Source: Eledone cirrhosa (taxonomy: Eukaryota). Taken from it: DNA of 64,000 nt. Numbering within the stretch: position 1 is the stretch's first letter; each line of letters opens with the position of its first letter. The notes under the pieces were generated by a model. It saw nothing but the letters and a program-made list of their open reading frames with translations, searched no databases and had not been told where the DNA came from. Below are positions 1 to 12,750 of this stretch, one piece after another. A program made the position numbers and the translations under genes. The stretch lies in contig OZ024741.1 in assembly GCA_964016885.1 (NCBI GenBank), forward strand, positions 332,878,001-332,942,000, read 5' to 3'.

Positions 1-289
1 CTTCCTTCATCTCCTCCACATCCTCAAAGCAGATACCCCTGAGCTTTTCCATCAGCTTCGGGAACATCCAGAAGTTGCATAGGGCTAAGTCTGGACTGTA
101 GGGAGGATGAGGGACAGTTGTGATCGCCATATTGGCCAAATAGTTGGTCATCAGGATGGATTTGTGGTAGGGGCATTGTCCTGGTGCAGGTGCCACTGAC
201 CAGACTTGAAGAGTTCTGATCTCTTGCAACAAAATCTCTATCTGAACTGTCTCAAAACCTCAACATAGTACTCTGTTAACTGTCTGGCC
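1..289 (-). mobile_element. Tc1/mariner (mariner-type) transposase fragment, decayed, runs off window start
   Basis: Minus-strand translation gives GQTVNREYYVEVL...WHLHQDNA / HKSILMTNYLANMAITTVPHPPYSPDLALCNFWMFPKLMEKLRGICFEDVEEMKE, including the mariner HPPYSPDLA motif; stop and frameshift present. Confidence 0.9.
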
Positions 290-589
290 CAAATCCTCAC
301 TGGTTGTGGTAAGGGAGACATTGAATTTATACCTAAAATGCTGCTAATACCAACAGATGTTCTCTTTCATTTCAAATGATTGCAATTTCCAGTGAGAGTC
401 AGTTACACAATGAAAATTAATGCATCCAAAGGTCAAACACTGCAGGTCGTCAGTCTCCATCTAGAAGAGGGATGTTTCTCACGTGGCCAATTGTATGTAG
501 GTTGTCCCAGACTAGGAAGACCTCACAAACTCTTCATATATACTCCAAAGAAAAAAGTTAAAAACAATGTATATACTGAAATTCTGTAA
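290..589 (+). mobile_element. Helitron PIF1-like helicase C-terminal fragment
   Basis: ILTGCGKGDIEFIPKMLLIP...QFPVRVSYTMKINASKGQTLQVVSLHLEEGCFSRGQLYVGCPRL...NNVYTEIL* matches the Helitron helicase end (QFP.R..AMTINKSQGQTL..VGL.L..VFSHGQLYVA.SR...NVVY.E.L). Confidence 0.88.
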
Positions 590-899
590 ATATTTTATAA
601 TTTTCATAGAATAAATTTTTCTATTATTATTTTTATTTCTCTGTATTGTGATATTCTAAATAAAACTTTAAAATTATGTTGGGCAATATTTAAATACCTT
701 TTAACATCTTTTATTCTAAGAAAAGTGGACACTACGACAGATGACAATAGGTGCCTTATGAATAGATTTGAGCACAGTACACACCAAGATGAAGGCTGGG
801 AAGCCACAATTATATACATATATATATATATACATGTATATATATATATGTGTGTGTGTGTGTGTATGTGCATGTGCGTGTATGTGTGTGTGTTTTATT

Positions 900-1222
900 C
901 ACAATCACATGGTATTTGGGCTTCCTCCCATTGCTCGGCATCTTGGTCAAGTGATTTCTACTATAGCCTCAGTATGACCAGTGCTTTGTGAGTGAAATTT
1001 GGAAGGCAACAACTGTGCGGCTGCCTCTCATGGATATGTGTTTGTTCATATCTGTGTTTATACCTACTATTTGTTTATGTCCTGCAACTTAGCAGTTTTA
1101 CAAACAGTGCTCAATAAAGTACGTACCTGACTTGAAATAAAAAACAGTACTTATGCCAATATAACTCTTGAAGGCCGTGCCCCAGCATGGCTGCAGTCTA
1201 ATGGCTGAAACCAATAAAAGAA
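900..1222 (+). mobile_element. Degenerate tRNA-derived SINE (octopus-type)
   Basis: Contains caagtgatttctactatagcctc...gctttgtgagtg and the tail gccccagcatggctgcagtctaatggctgaaaccaataaaaga, resembling octopus SINEs as I recall them. Confidence 0.6.
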
Positions 1223-1494
1223 TATATATATATATTAATATCAGGAAGAGTAATGTACCATTTGAGAATTCTGAAATAGATTTATTTACCGCTATACTTT
1301 TCTCTATAGTAGCTCTCAATCTCAAGATTCTCAATCTAAAATTGTCCAAGCAGTAAAGATTTTTAAATTAACACCATTAGCTTCAGCATGATAAGAACTG
1401 CACAAAGTCTCGATATAAAATTCTTCAATAATATTAACTTTGAATTTGTGTTTGATTTAGTAGATAGTTCCTGCTATTCTCACTCGAGAACTTA

Positions 1495-1772
1495 CAATAA
1501 TAATAATAATAATCTTAAGTCAAACAGCTAAAGAGGATGGGAAGTTTTCCGAGGCAAAATTGAAAATATTATTCCTCATGCAAAAATCAGTTCAATGACA
1601 AAGCCATTATCTTTGGACATTCCAGCATAATAGCTCCATAGCAATATCTATATATCACACGAGATTTATGATTTTTAAATCTCTTTCACTTATCCAAAGT
1701 TACACTGGCAAATTGCCATAAACACGCTTGCTACGAAACTGGCATTCTCGGCTTGCTTGTAAAAGGACATTA
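1495..1772 (-). mobile_element. Possible 3' end of a REL-endonuclease LINE (strongly decayed)
   Basis: (TTA)n tail on the minus strand and an IFCMRNNIF-like terminal peptide; otherwise weak. Confidence 0.3.
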
Positions 1773-1924
1773 CTTAAGCAAGGAATAGAAAAGCTTTTCT
1801 TCACTAGAATTCCCTGCAACTATTAGCAAGTTTATTTCAAGAAAAACACTGAATAAAATCGAAGTAAAGGAGATACAATAAATCAAAAGAAAGTTTAACT
1901 GCATCTTCTTTCCTGTTATATGTG

Positions 1925-2270
1925 ACACAGACACACTCATGCATACACACACATACACATGTATATAGACACATACACGCAAGTACACACACACACAGAT
2001 AGACAGACACACACACATATATAAGCATATATACACACACACACACACACATACATATCCACATACACATGTATATAAAAACATACACACAGACACACAT
2101 ACACAGACAGACAGACAGACAGACACACACACATACACATATAAGCATATGCAAACACACACACATATATAAGCACAAATATATACACACATATATAAGC
2201 ACATATATATACACACACACTCACATAGAAACACATGCTTACAAAATGTAAATGTATATACATATGTCAC
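1925..2270. repeat. (CA)/(TA)/(CAGA) compound microsatellite
   Basis: Seen directly; explains the VCVC/HTHT ORFs. Confidence 0.9.
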
Positions 2271-2379
2271 TAAAGATGTATATGTGGTTTGTGTATGTGT
2301 GTATATAAGGTCTATAGTTTAATGTCTGTGTATGTGGGCATATAAATGTGTGTGTAATGGTTATATATATATATATATA

Positions 2380-2822
2380 TCTAAAACAGAGAATGTCTGT
2401 CAGCCTGTCTGTTTGTCTCCCTAAAACTCGAGAACCACCCAACCGATCTTTTTCAAACTTCACACATGTAATACTTATGGTTGTGTGAGTGTTTTGAGCA
2501 AAATAAATATTTCAATGCCCTAGGGACCGCATTATGCGCCGGTTAGCGATCTCTCTCTTTCTTAGTCTGTCTTTTTAGATAGATACATAGCTATAACGTC
2601 GCACCCTTATAATATCTGTCTCTATGTCTGGCTCTCTGCATTACGAGATTATGAAAACATAAAACGCAGGAAAACAGGAAGACGATTCTTTGGTTTGTGA
2701 AGACGTTCCCTCGCAATGAATGGAAAAAAGCGAATATAATATGTCAGCAATGAGAACAATATTTGCTCTAGGGTTCTTATATATTTGATATATATTTATC
2801 CTTATCGAGCCCTCTTTGGTTT

Positions 2823-2892
<70 letters not shown>

Positions 2893-3346
2893 GCTATATA
2901 TTTATACACACTATATATATACATATATGCACACACACACACAGATAACGAAGTCAATGTTTTCATAATGTCGTAATGCAGATAGATACATAGCTATAAT
3001 GTCGCACCCCAGTTAAGACGGCACTCATGGCTTAGCAATTACATAGTCAACGGTTCGGAAATCACATGCATCACTGGCGAGTTTACTCCTTACTCTACCA
3101 GTTAGTCTTAATGTACTTCGTCCTGCTTTTAGGTCATGCCTCGACGGAAGAGATACTCCATTGGCCAAAATACTGCGAAAGCGGCAAGAAAAAGAACAAG
3201 GTGGGTAAACAAATCGTCAGTGGAATCTGCTATTAGACGGTCGCAAGGCCAACGTATTCCATACTTCTCTGTACTGTTTCAGAAAGGAGGGATAAACATG
3301 CCAATCTATGTTTAGAATCCCAAGCAACACCGAGCTATTCTGCTAG
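2380..3346 (+). mobile_element. Non-autonomous Helitron-like element
   Basis: 5' TC start (TCTAAAACAGAGAATGTCTGTC...CTGTCTGTTTG...AACTCGAGAACC..CCGATC), 3' decayed hairpin CCCAAGCAACACCGAG then CTAG at 3343-3346, A|T target. Internal ~30-bp direct repeat at ~2577-2607 and 2980-3009. Confidence 0.7.
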
Positions 3347-3403
3347 TGTATATATATCATCATCATCATCAATGTTTATATATATATATATCTATATATA
3401 ATT

Positions 3404-3484
<81 letters not shown>

Positions 3485-3643
3485 TAGATAGATAAATATA
3501 CACGGGTGTGTATGATTGTGTATAGAAGATTATATTAATAAAAGGAATTCCAACTTTGTCTGATTTACTCGTTTTATTTACAATCCTTTAAAAATTATAA
3601 TGGTATTAGAATGAAATAGTATGGTAGAATGTTAAGTGTTAAT

Positions 3644-3682
3644 TGAACAAGTACTTTCATGCTTTCGCAATCTTCAGGTTCA
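3644..3682 (-). ncRNA. Minimal type I hammerhead ribozyme (mirror copy)
   Basis: Exact reverse complement of 3747-3785 in the left arm. Confidence 0.78.
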
Positions 3683-3746
3683 TAATGTGTGGTGACAGTT
3701 AAGTTTGCAAGTTGAAAATTGCAAACTTGACTGTCACCACACATTA

Positions 3747-3785
3747 TGAACCTGAAGATTGCGAAAGCATGAAAGTACTTGTTCA
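3747..3785 (+). ncRNA. Minimal type I hammerhead ribozyme
   Basis: UGAAC-CUGAAGA-U-UGC-GAAA-GCA-U-GAAA-GUAC-UU^GUUCA: stem I UGAAC/GUUCA, GNRA-capped stem II, palindromic stem III AGUACU; predicted cut after 3780. Confidence 0.8.
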
Positions 3786-3890
3786 ATTAACACTTAACAT
3801 TCTACCATACTATTTCATTCTAATACCATTATAAATTTTAAAGGATTGTAAATAAAACGAGTAAATCAGACAAAGTTGGAATTCCTTTTA

Positions 3891-3941
<51 letters not shown>

Positions 3942-3945
<4 letters not shown>

Positions 3946-5950
3946 TTCTCGCTAATAGATACACCAGTAATCATGAACAAGGCCCTCATGAGTGCCATGG
4001 TCAAGTCCAACCTCACTAGGGAGGAAGCAAGCCTCATAATAGCAGCGACAAAGACGCTAATTAGCTTCGAAGATAAATTATGGGAGAGGAGGGACAGACC
4101 CAACAGTTTTGACATTACTATGGGGTTGAGTGACTCTGCGCAGTTGATGGACCTGGTGGGAATCTATCTCCTCCAAAGATTAGCGGAGGAGATTCCAGGA
4201 CTTGGTAGAGGAATATACAGGGACGACACACTATTTACCTTCTGTTCCCTAAACCCCAGTCAGCTGGAGTGTATGAGGAAGCGCATATCACATTTTTTTA
4301 AGCAACACGGCTTATCCGTGATGATAGATCCTAGCACTAAGACGGCGAATTTCCTGGGCGTTACGCTGGAAATGAATACGGGCATACACCGACCTTACCA
4401 CAAGCCCAATGAGAACCTGCAATATGTGAACAGGCAATCGAACCACCCCAAGTTCGTCATAGAAGCAATAGTTAAAGGGGTATCCAAACGCGTATCCACC
4501 CTGTCGGCCAACGCAGACGTGTTCAACCAGCACGCCGACTATCATAATAAGGCACTGCGCAGGGCCGGTTACACAGAAACCATAGTGTACACCACGGTCA
4601 GTGAAGTGCCTAGCGCCGAGGCATGCAGATACAAAAATAGCAGCAGTAGAAAGAACGACCCGGAACTAGCTTCCAGGAACACGAGAAGCAGCATAGGTCA
4701 CCACAAGGACACAAGACCAACACTAAGACAGACGAATACACAAACGGATGCCAGACCACTCAGTACAGATAGACAGAAGCCCGGCATGCACACCACATGC
4801 GTTGCGGAAACTAGAACTAGGGACAGGGTAAGGACAAGTATGACCATGGAACCTGGTAGAGGAAACACCTGGACCAGTAGCAATGATATAGCCCCGACAA
4901 CAGCACCGCATAGCATTAACGAGACTAACAGTAGAGTCGACAATACAAAACGGAATACCTCAGTAAGCGAACGGCGTAACCCAGACGTCCAGGGTAGACA
5001 TATAGATAGCGGCAACAAAGAAGACGAAATAACGGGCGGGCAAAACCCGAGACGCACAGTTGACCCAACACACATTCACACTACTACACACACACGAAAG
5101 AACAAGAGAAGGTCTAAGGCCGTTACATGGTTTAACGCGCCGTATTTTAAGCATCTATGCAGCAATGTACCAGGCCTCTTCTTCCGAGCATTAGATGAGT
5201 GCTTCCTGCCGTCGAGCAGATACCACAAGATCTTCAACTGCCACACGGTGAAGTTCTCCTTCTCTATCGCACCTAACATGGCAGACTACATGGCCAAAAC
5301 CAACGCAGTGAAGATGGCGAACCTCGACCGTCAACCGCGGCAGCTGAATGACCGTCCATCGGAGCCCAGAGGGCCCCTTGCAGACCGGTTTTCCAACTAT
5401 ACAATCTAATGCCGGGCGGAAATGAGTGGCGGTGGGGAGACCACCGTGTCAGCAGAACAACACCCAGAGAATCGGGAGAGGGCCATGGTAGATCAAGGGC
5501 CAGGCGTCCGAAATGAACAATACAATGACAGAACGTGCAACTGCAGAGCGGGCACACAGTGCCCTCTGCAGGGAAGATGCCTAATGAAGGGCCTGGTATA
5601 TAAATGTGTGGTTAACACGCACAACACAAAGCGCACCTACATCGGCGCAACATCCATGACCTTTAAATCGAGGATGTATAACTTTTTCAAGGACCAGAGC
5701 AAGAGGCACTCTACTAGGCTGGCAGACCTGGTGTGGGACTTGAAAGACAAAGGCACCCCATATGACCTCAACTGGAGTGTCATTCGGCATGCGAATGCAT
5801 ATTCGGCTGGAAATAGAAAGTGTAGGCTATGGAGATAGTCAGACTGAAGGATGATGTGGTCAACCTGAAATCGGAAATAATCATGACCTGCAGACACTAG
5901 AGTAGGTGCACACTCTCCGCATGGAATCCCCTGGGTAGCCCAAGCTAAAG
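3942..5950 (+). mobile_element. Penelope-like retroelement, Naiad-like (RT + GIY-YIG), 5'-truncated, inactivated
   Basis: FDITMG...DLVGIYLL, GIYRDD, NFLGVTL, YHKPN..LQYVNRQSNHP, WFNAPY, CNCRAGTQCPLQGRC (CxCx5Cx5C), GLVYKC...TYIGAT..FKSR. One in-frame TAA at 5407-5409 joins ORFs 3973-5409 and 5422-5838; a frameshift near 5830 precedes VVNLKSEIIMTCRH. Begins straight after (TA)n. Confidence 0.92.
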
Positions 5951-6559
5951 GCATGTGGAGGAGCGCATGCTGGCCAGAGCGGCAAAATGGGTTCGAGGGA
6001 TCAGACACCATACTCTGTTGACTATATATGCCCTGTGGTGTAAGCCGACATAACCCAGGATGTTTACCCGATTCTGTACGTCACCCTAGGCAACAACATC
6101 ACCTGAGCCGGGACAGGTTGACCCAAATTCTACTGATATTCAGTCCCGTGCCTTACACCGATAAGACACTATACCTCACTCACAGTGACATGCTCCAGTG
6201 TCGCCTGTCCACGCACCCCCTGCATGTGTATCTTTTCAGTAGAGAGTACATACTCTCCACGTATTCCATTTTGTAACACCTAATGTATTTTTCCGTATAC
6301 AGACCCACGTTTGTATCTCATACTTCTCTTGTGTACTATCTCATATGCATACACATTTCTTCTTTTTTATATATTTTCTGCACGCATTTTCTATGTACGG
6401 TCTGTGCATACTATTTACTTTAATACCATGAACGCCCATTATGTGGCTTTGCGTGAGGATTCCATACGTGGATTGATCCATGTTCGCAAGGTAACAACAT
6501 CTCTGTAGACACATATAACAAGGTGCATCCTTTCATGTATAGCCCACTGTGTATCTTTA

Positions 6560-7195
6560 TGTGCCGTTATATGTTTATTTTTTTTATATATATGTATATG
6601 TATTTTTTTATATATATGTATATGTATTTTTTTATATATATGTATATGTATTTTTTTATATATATCTATATATTTATAACAAGCTGCATCCTTTCATGTA
6701 TGGTCCATTGTGTATCTTTATATGACTTTGTGTGTAAATTCTTTTTATGTATATATATTTTTTTTTATGCGTGTGTGGGTGTGTATATGAATATGCTCAT
6801 AGTTGTAAGATTGTATATGCGCCAGTGTGTGTGTGTACAAGCACCTGTGTAGGAAAAGGGCTTGTTTGTGTGTATATATGTGTGTTTGCGCGCAAGTGTG
6901 TATGTTTGTGTATTATATATGTTTATGGGTGCGTGTATATGTGTTTGTGTGGGTGGAGGGGGTCTATGTATATGTCTGTACGTGTTTGTGTGTACGGGTA
7001 TATACGTGTGCATGTATATGCACGTGTATGTGTGTGTGTATGTTGATGTATATAGGCATGTGGGTATGTGTCTGTGTGTGTGCATGCCTCTCTGGATGCA
7101 TGTATGCGTATATTTATATGTTCTCCTTAAATGTGTGTGTATAGCGAGCGACTATGCGTATGACTGTCATTATCTCTGTGTGTGTGTGTGCATGC
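6560..7195. repeat. (TG)/(TA) low-complexity tract with a short 24-bp tandem at ~6575-6665
   Basis: Seen directly. Confidence 0.8.
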
Positions 7196-7534
7196 GTGGA
7201 TGTGTGAACAACCAAACACAGCAGCAATTTATTGAAGTGTAGCAGACATGGGAGAGCTAATGCCCGGATGGTCAGCAAACTGGTACCTGTGGTCAAAATT
7301 ATGATGACGTTGACTACCAGCGGCCAATCACAGGATGTGTGAAGAGGATGAAGTGTTTGATGGTACTGGCCCAGAGGGTCAGATACCCCAGTGAAATCAT
7401 TAGACGTACCCGTTGAACCTGCGGGCCCAGAATCAGACAGATCCGCACAATGATCGCGTCTTGAGCTGTCCGCCAGGGAAACAATTGTAACACAATAGAT
7501 TGAGTTCAGATACATCACTGATTTTTCATTTTCT

Positions 7535-7769
<235 letters not shown>

Positions 7770-8999
7770 TACAAAGGGTCAAATGTTGGAGTCTGTAGGG
7801 TAATCTGAGAGTCATCCACGGTAGGAGTAGAAGTCTGTGTAAGCATGGAGGTATAAGTCAAGAATACACAAAACAAACAAACAAGAAAATGCAATAACAT
7901 AAAGTATATTAGTTTCACACTTGGAGAAAGAAGAATGAGTTATATAGTCAAAGTATCAGGCATTTGCCCTTCATCAGGAATAGCACAAAAAGGAAATAGC
8001 AAAGAAAACAACGTCAAAGAATGAAAAATGCAAAAAAACAATAAAAATATATAAAATGTAGTTGAAATAATGTTAGGAAGAAATTATAAGAATAAAAAAT
8101 ATAAAGGAGGAGAGAGGGGAAATAGTCTGGCGTCCTTGTGGGTGTTTGTGTATAGGTTGGGTACACATTACAGTGAGTTTGCATGTGTGTAGGTGTTAAG
8201 TGTGTTGGTGGAGGTGTGTGTTCGTACATATGTTTGAGCATGTGTATGAGGGTATGTGTGGTTGTTAGTGTGTATTGTGTGGTTGCATATATAGGTATCT
8301 ACATGTGAGTGTGTGAATGTGAGCATGTGTGTGTGCATATGTTCATATGTATTATGTAGTTGCATGTATAGGTGCGTGTGTGTGAGCATGCCCGTAGGCT
8401 CCAACGTGGGCATAATCCAGGTAAAGGTGGTAAAGGATGGCGAAAGTCATGAAGGCCGAGGTAAATGGAAAAGATGGATGTATCCAGGTAGAAATACAAG
8501 GCTATAGTGAAATGGAACAGAGAAAGGAATTATGGGTAGTTGCGGGAAGTGTGCAGGTGCGCGTGGGGCAGGAGAGATGGTGGTGGCAGAGTTCTAAGGA
8601 AGAACTAGGGTGTGGGTGTTATATTTATTGGTCAGAAAAGGTGTAGGGGACAGATGTTAAAGGAGAAAGTCAGTGTGAACAAGTCAATGCCAAGCAGGGG
8701 GTCGACACTGGCGGTGGTGGTTAAAATGGAATAGAGAAACAAATGTGGTGATGTGGATGATGATGATGATGATTAGAAAAGACAGGAAATTGGCATATTG
8801 TATATTTTGTTGTGGTATTTTATATTTTGTGTCTGAATATTGAGGTCAACTTTGCATTTTTGTTTGTTTGTTATCGTCTGGGGCCCATAACTTCTGATGG
8901 AGTTGTAGGGGTGACATCTTGACACAGGAGGTGTCCTGGGGTTTTATAACCTGGCAGAGTCCATCCATCTCCAAGTCTGGTGATTTCTGTCAGTGAAGG

Positions 9000-9210
9000 A
9001 AAGAGAGAGTAAGAGGGAATGTTAATGAGAGATAGAATGAAAGTGAGAGAGTGATAAATGGAGATAGAGAGAATAAGAGAGTGTGATAATGAGAGACAGT
9101 GATAAGGAGAAAGAGAGATAGAGAGAGAATGATAATGAGAGATAGAAGAAGAGTGAGAGAGAGAGAGAGTAATATTGAGAGATAGAGAGAGTGAGAAAAA
9201 GTGATAATGA

Positions 9211-9271
<61 letters not shown>

Positions 9272-9315
9272 TAATGATAGATAGAGAGAGAATGAGTGGT
9301 AATGAGATATAGAAT
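9000..9315. repeat. (GA)n/(GATA) compound microsatellite
   Basis: Seen directly. Confidence 0.9.
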
Positions 9316-11234
9316 AAAAGTTGATCACAGTAATAACTACACTGGTACTTTATTTATCAACCATGAAAGGATGAAAGATAAGTTGACCTAGGTGGGATTT
9401 GAACAGCGAGCTTAGTGAGTTGGAACAAATGCTGAGATATTTAATATCTTTGAACATCCTAGCAACTCTGCAATTTCACTGCCTTATAGAATAAGTACTA
9501 GTCATGTACTGATGACAATTTATTTAACATTGCCTCACTGAATCAATTTCTGACATTGTACATCTGTCAGAAATGAATAGGATACATCTGAGGAAGGGTG
9601 GTGTATGGCAGTATCAGAAGAGTGTCAGACAAAATACTTTGCCAGGGGACTACATCTCACTTGCATATGTCCCTACGCTCTAAAGAGAACACCAAATGCA
9701 TTCAGTGACATATTTAGGGAGGTTGTCATATCGTTGACACAACTGAAGAGTCCTCTCAGCTTTTTCTTTGGTTGTTTTTTTTACAGCTGGCTTTCCCTCC
9801 TATCAACAATCACTTTACAGAATGTACTGAGTGCTTTTACTGTGACACCAACATTAGAGAGTCTGCCATGCCACCGACACAAATGAAGCATTTTCTTGAC
9901 ACTTTCTTTGGCAGGTTGTTCTTATAGCTGGATCTTCCTCCTATCATTAACCACTTCACTGAGTATGCAAGGTTCATTAATTGTGCCCCTGACACAACTG
10001 AAGAGACCGTTAACCCTTTCTTAGACAAGTGTTTTACATGTAGATTGGATGTCTCTCCTATCACCAACCACTTTACAGAATGTGTTGGTTACAATTATTT
10101 TACCCCTGATAAAATTGAAGACTCTTCTTGATCCTTTTTGGCACTGTTTCTCAAACAAGATGCTCTTCCTATCAACAACCACCTTTCTTATGAAGCTATG
10201 TTTCCTTAGCTAGAACATGCTATTTCGTTTTCTCTCTATTTTCCTTATAAATCCCCTTGGCTCTCACACTCCCTCACAATAAATCTGCTGCCACAAAAGC
10301 AGAAGAATATTTTGCCATCCTTAGTTCTCTGCACCAATTAGTATAATCACCTTCACATATCCCAGATCAATACACAGTTTTTAATTTGAGTAAGTTCTTT
10401 GATCTGTTTGTTTATCTTCTGACAGGAGACAATTTTTCCCATTAACTGTCCATCCCATTCATAGATTTACTGAAGCAGCAATGTTTTATAGCTGCGGGCC
10501 ATTTGAGTAGCCAGCTTCCTGAAAATGTGAGAAAGATGGTTAAAATATCTCTTATGTATACACGAAGCAGTCACTGAAAACAGTATTTTCATCAAGTTGT
10601 AAGCAAGAGAACTTCTACTTCAAACATCCTGTCAGCCTGTCTTTCTGTCAACAATAGTTGAGCCATAGCTTCTAATTTAGACACTCTGCTACTTATGTTA
10701 TCTGTAGCAAAGACATGTAACTACTAAAAGAAGCATAGCATATTAGTTGTTTGATTCTGCTGCCCACTTTCTATCCCAGCGTATCAAAGATGTCACTTCA
10801 TAACATAGTTACTTCATAGCAAATATAATGATTGCTATTTTAAGCACAAGGACACCAATTTTGGGGGGAGTTGCAGGGAAAAGTTGATTAAACAAACCCT
10901 ATTACTTGAATGAACTGGGTACATTTATTTTATTACTAACACTAGAGAGGTTTTTGTGCCCCTGAGACAACTGAAGTGTCCTCTCAACCCTTTTGGCATT
11001 GTTTCTGCAGCAGTATGTTCTGCCTGCACATTAGCAGCAATATCCTTTTGGGGAGAAAAGTTGATTAAACTAACCACAGTACTTGAATGCAGTGTGACAA
11101 TCTTGAAGAAACTTACATGCAGTTCTCAAGTGTCTTGTCTGTCTGTCTGTTAGTCTTCTCTCTTCCTTCTACCATTAATCTATAGCTGACCACCACTTAA
11201 ATAAAGCAATTCTAGAATCATATTATTGCTAATA

Positions 11235-11990
11235 ATAATTGTCTGATTTAGGGAAAAGGCCAAACATTTTGCAGAAGGGAAAGCTGATTATATCGACCCC
11301 AGTGTATTTCTGGTACTTTATTTTATCAACCTCATAAGGATGAAAGACAAAGCTAACCTCGATGGGATTTTAACTCTAAAAGTAAAGGGACGTAACTATA
11401 TACCACATCGCATATTGTCCGATTCTCTACTAATACTGCCAATCCATCAATAGCAATAATAATAATAATTGTTTCTACTTTTGGCACAAGGCCAGCAATT
11501 ACCCAGTACATTACTGGTACTTTATTTTATCGACCCCGTAAGGATGAAAGGCAAAATTAACCTAATAATATACTGGTATCTTTATTTTCGTGATTTATCA
11601 ATGAATGCAGTGAGTTTCTCTGCCCTAGGTGTTGGGAAGATATTCGGCAAGAAATGGAAACAAAACCGAAGGAAGAGGAAAAACGCAAACAATAATAATT
11701 ATAATAGTGATGATTATTTTTTTATTTTTGCACAAGATCAGCAATTTGTGGAAAGGGAAAAGTTGATTAAATTGATTCCAGTACTTGACTGGTATTTTAT
11801 TTTATTGACCCTGGAAGGATGAAAGGCAAAGCTAATCTTTGCAGGATTTGAACTCAGAACATAAAGATCTGTGATGAAATACAACAAGGATCATTATTTT
11901 GCCTTTCATCCTTACGGGGTCGATAAAATAAAGTACCAGTAATGCACTGGGTAATTGCTGGCCTTGTGCCTAAAGTAGAAACAATTATAA
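11235..11990. mobile_element. Cluster of tRNA-SINE copies with a Meta-like central domain (three minus, one plus)
   Basis: Repeated core TTTGCCTTTCATCCTTACGGGGTCGATAAAATAAAGTACCAG and tail GGCCTTGTGCCTAAAGTAGAAACAATTAT or their complements; other copies at ~9340, 30330, 50755, 51110 and 55065. Confidence 0.8.
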
Positions 11991-12015
11991 TTATTAGAAT
12001 TGCTGTAGTAGTTTG

Positions 12016-12750
12016 TTAGTTTTTTTTGTTTTTTTTTTGTGAGAGGAACAATGTAGCGGTGTGTGTGCGTGGATGTGTGAACAACCAAACACAGCAGTAA
12101 TTTATTGAAGTTGTTGTCTTCCTGTTTCTTCTACAACAACTACAACGGTACGCGATGGGGCCCACCCACAGCCCCGGCGGACAGAATGGAGAAGGCATTT
12201 CCCCGGAGGACGGCAAGGGAAACGCACTGGAAAAGCCACTCCAACTTGCTGGGCTCACACCTGCGGCTGGCCAGCTCAGCACCTATGGTGGTGAGTAAGG
12301 AGGTAGCCCTGGGGCCGAGGACACCAGAAGTCTCCACTGCCAGGGGTGCTACTGCAAACCTGTCGGAGAGTGACCGGTATTTGAGGAGTTTGGCCCCCCT
12401 CAGCCCGACGTGCAGCAGAACCTGGGTCAGTCACAGACTGCACCAGGTTGCAGCTGCAGAAAGTGTCGGTGCAAGTGGCATCCCAGATGAGGGGTTTGTC
12501 ACCGCGGAACGGGAAGATGGTCATACCATCTGGCCTTTTGCCGTCTTCTCGATCCAGCCCCACCAGCTCGAGCTGGGAAGGGAATCCTGCAGCGTCCAAG
12601 CCATGCTAGATGACCTCGTTGAGGGCAGCATGGCATGGAATGCGGGCGACACTGTGGCGGCAGGAAAGCAGGTGGAGGCCGAAAGAGTCCATGGTGGAAC
12701 CGCAGCGACATTCGTGTGGCTGGCAGATCCGGCGACTGAGCCTCAGGGAA
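12016..12750 (-). mobile_element. CRE-clade non-LTR retrotransposon 3' end (REL endonuclease)
   Basis: DGKRPDGMTIFPFRGDKPLIWDATCTD...AARRAE / VETSGVLGPRA...LFQCVSLAVLRGNAFSIL, then AATAAA and an A-rich tail (T-runs at 12020-12038 on +). Confidence 0.85.

Larger units (their letters stand above)
3531..3898. repeat. 368-bp palindrome (180-bp arms, 8-nt loop), Penelope-type inverted pseudo-LTR
   Basis: 3531-3710 is the reverse complement of 3719-3898 with 2 mismatches by my count; each arm holds an HHR motif followed outward by AATAAA. Confidence 0.93.

Noticed and set aside
5400-6500. Selenocysteine recoding/SECIS, as reported for some Naiad elements
   Set aside because: The internal stop is TAA, the conserved Cys codons are intact, and the AUGA..GA hairpin at ~6428-6458 lacks SECIS helix length and apical AA.
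10200-10800. Ancient LINE remnant (also ~13000-13560)
   Set aside because: Only vague peptide resemblance; not supportable without a profile search.
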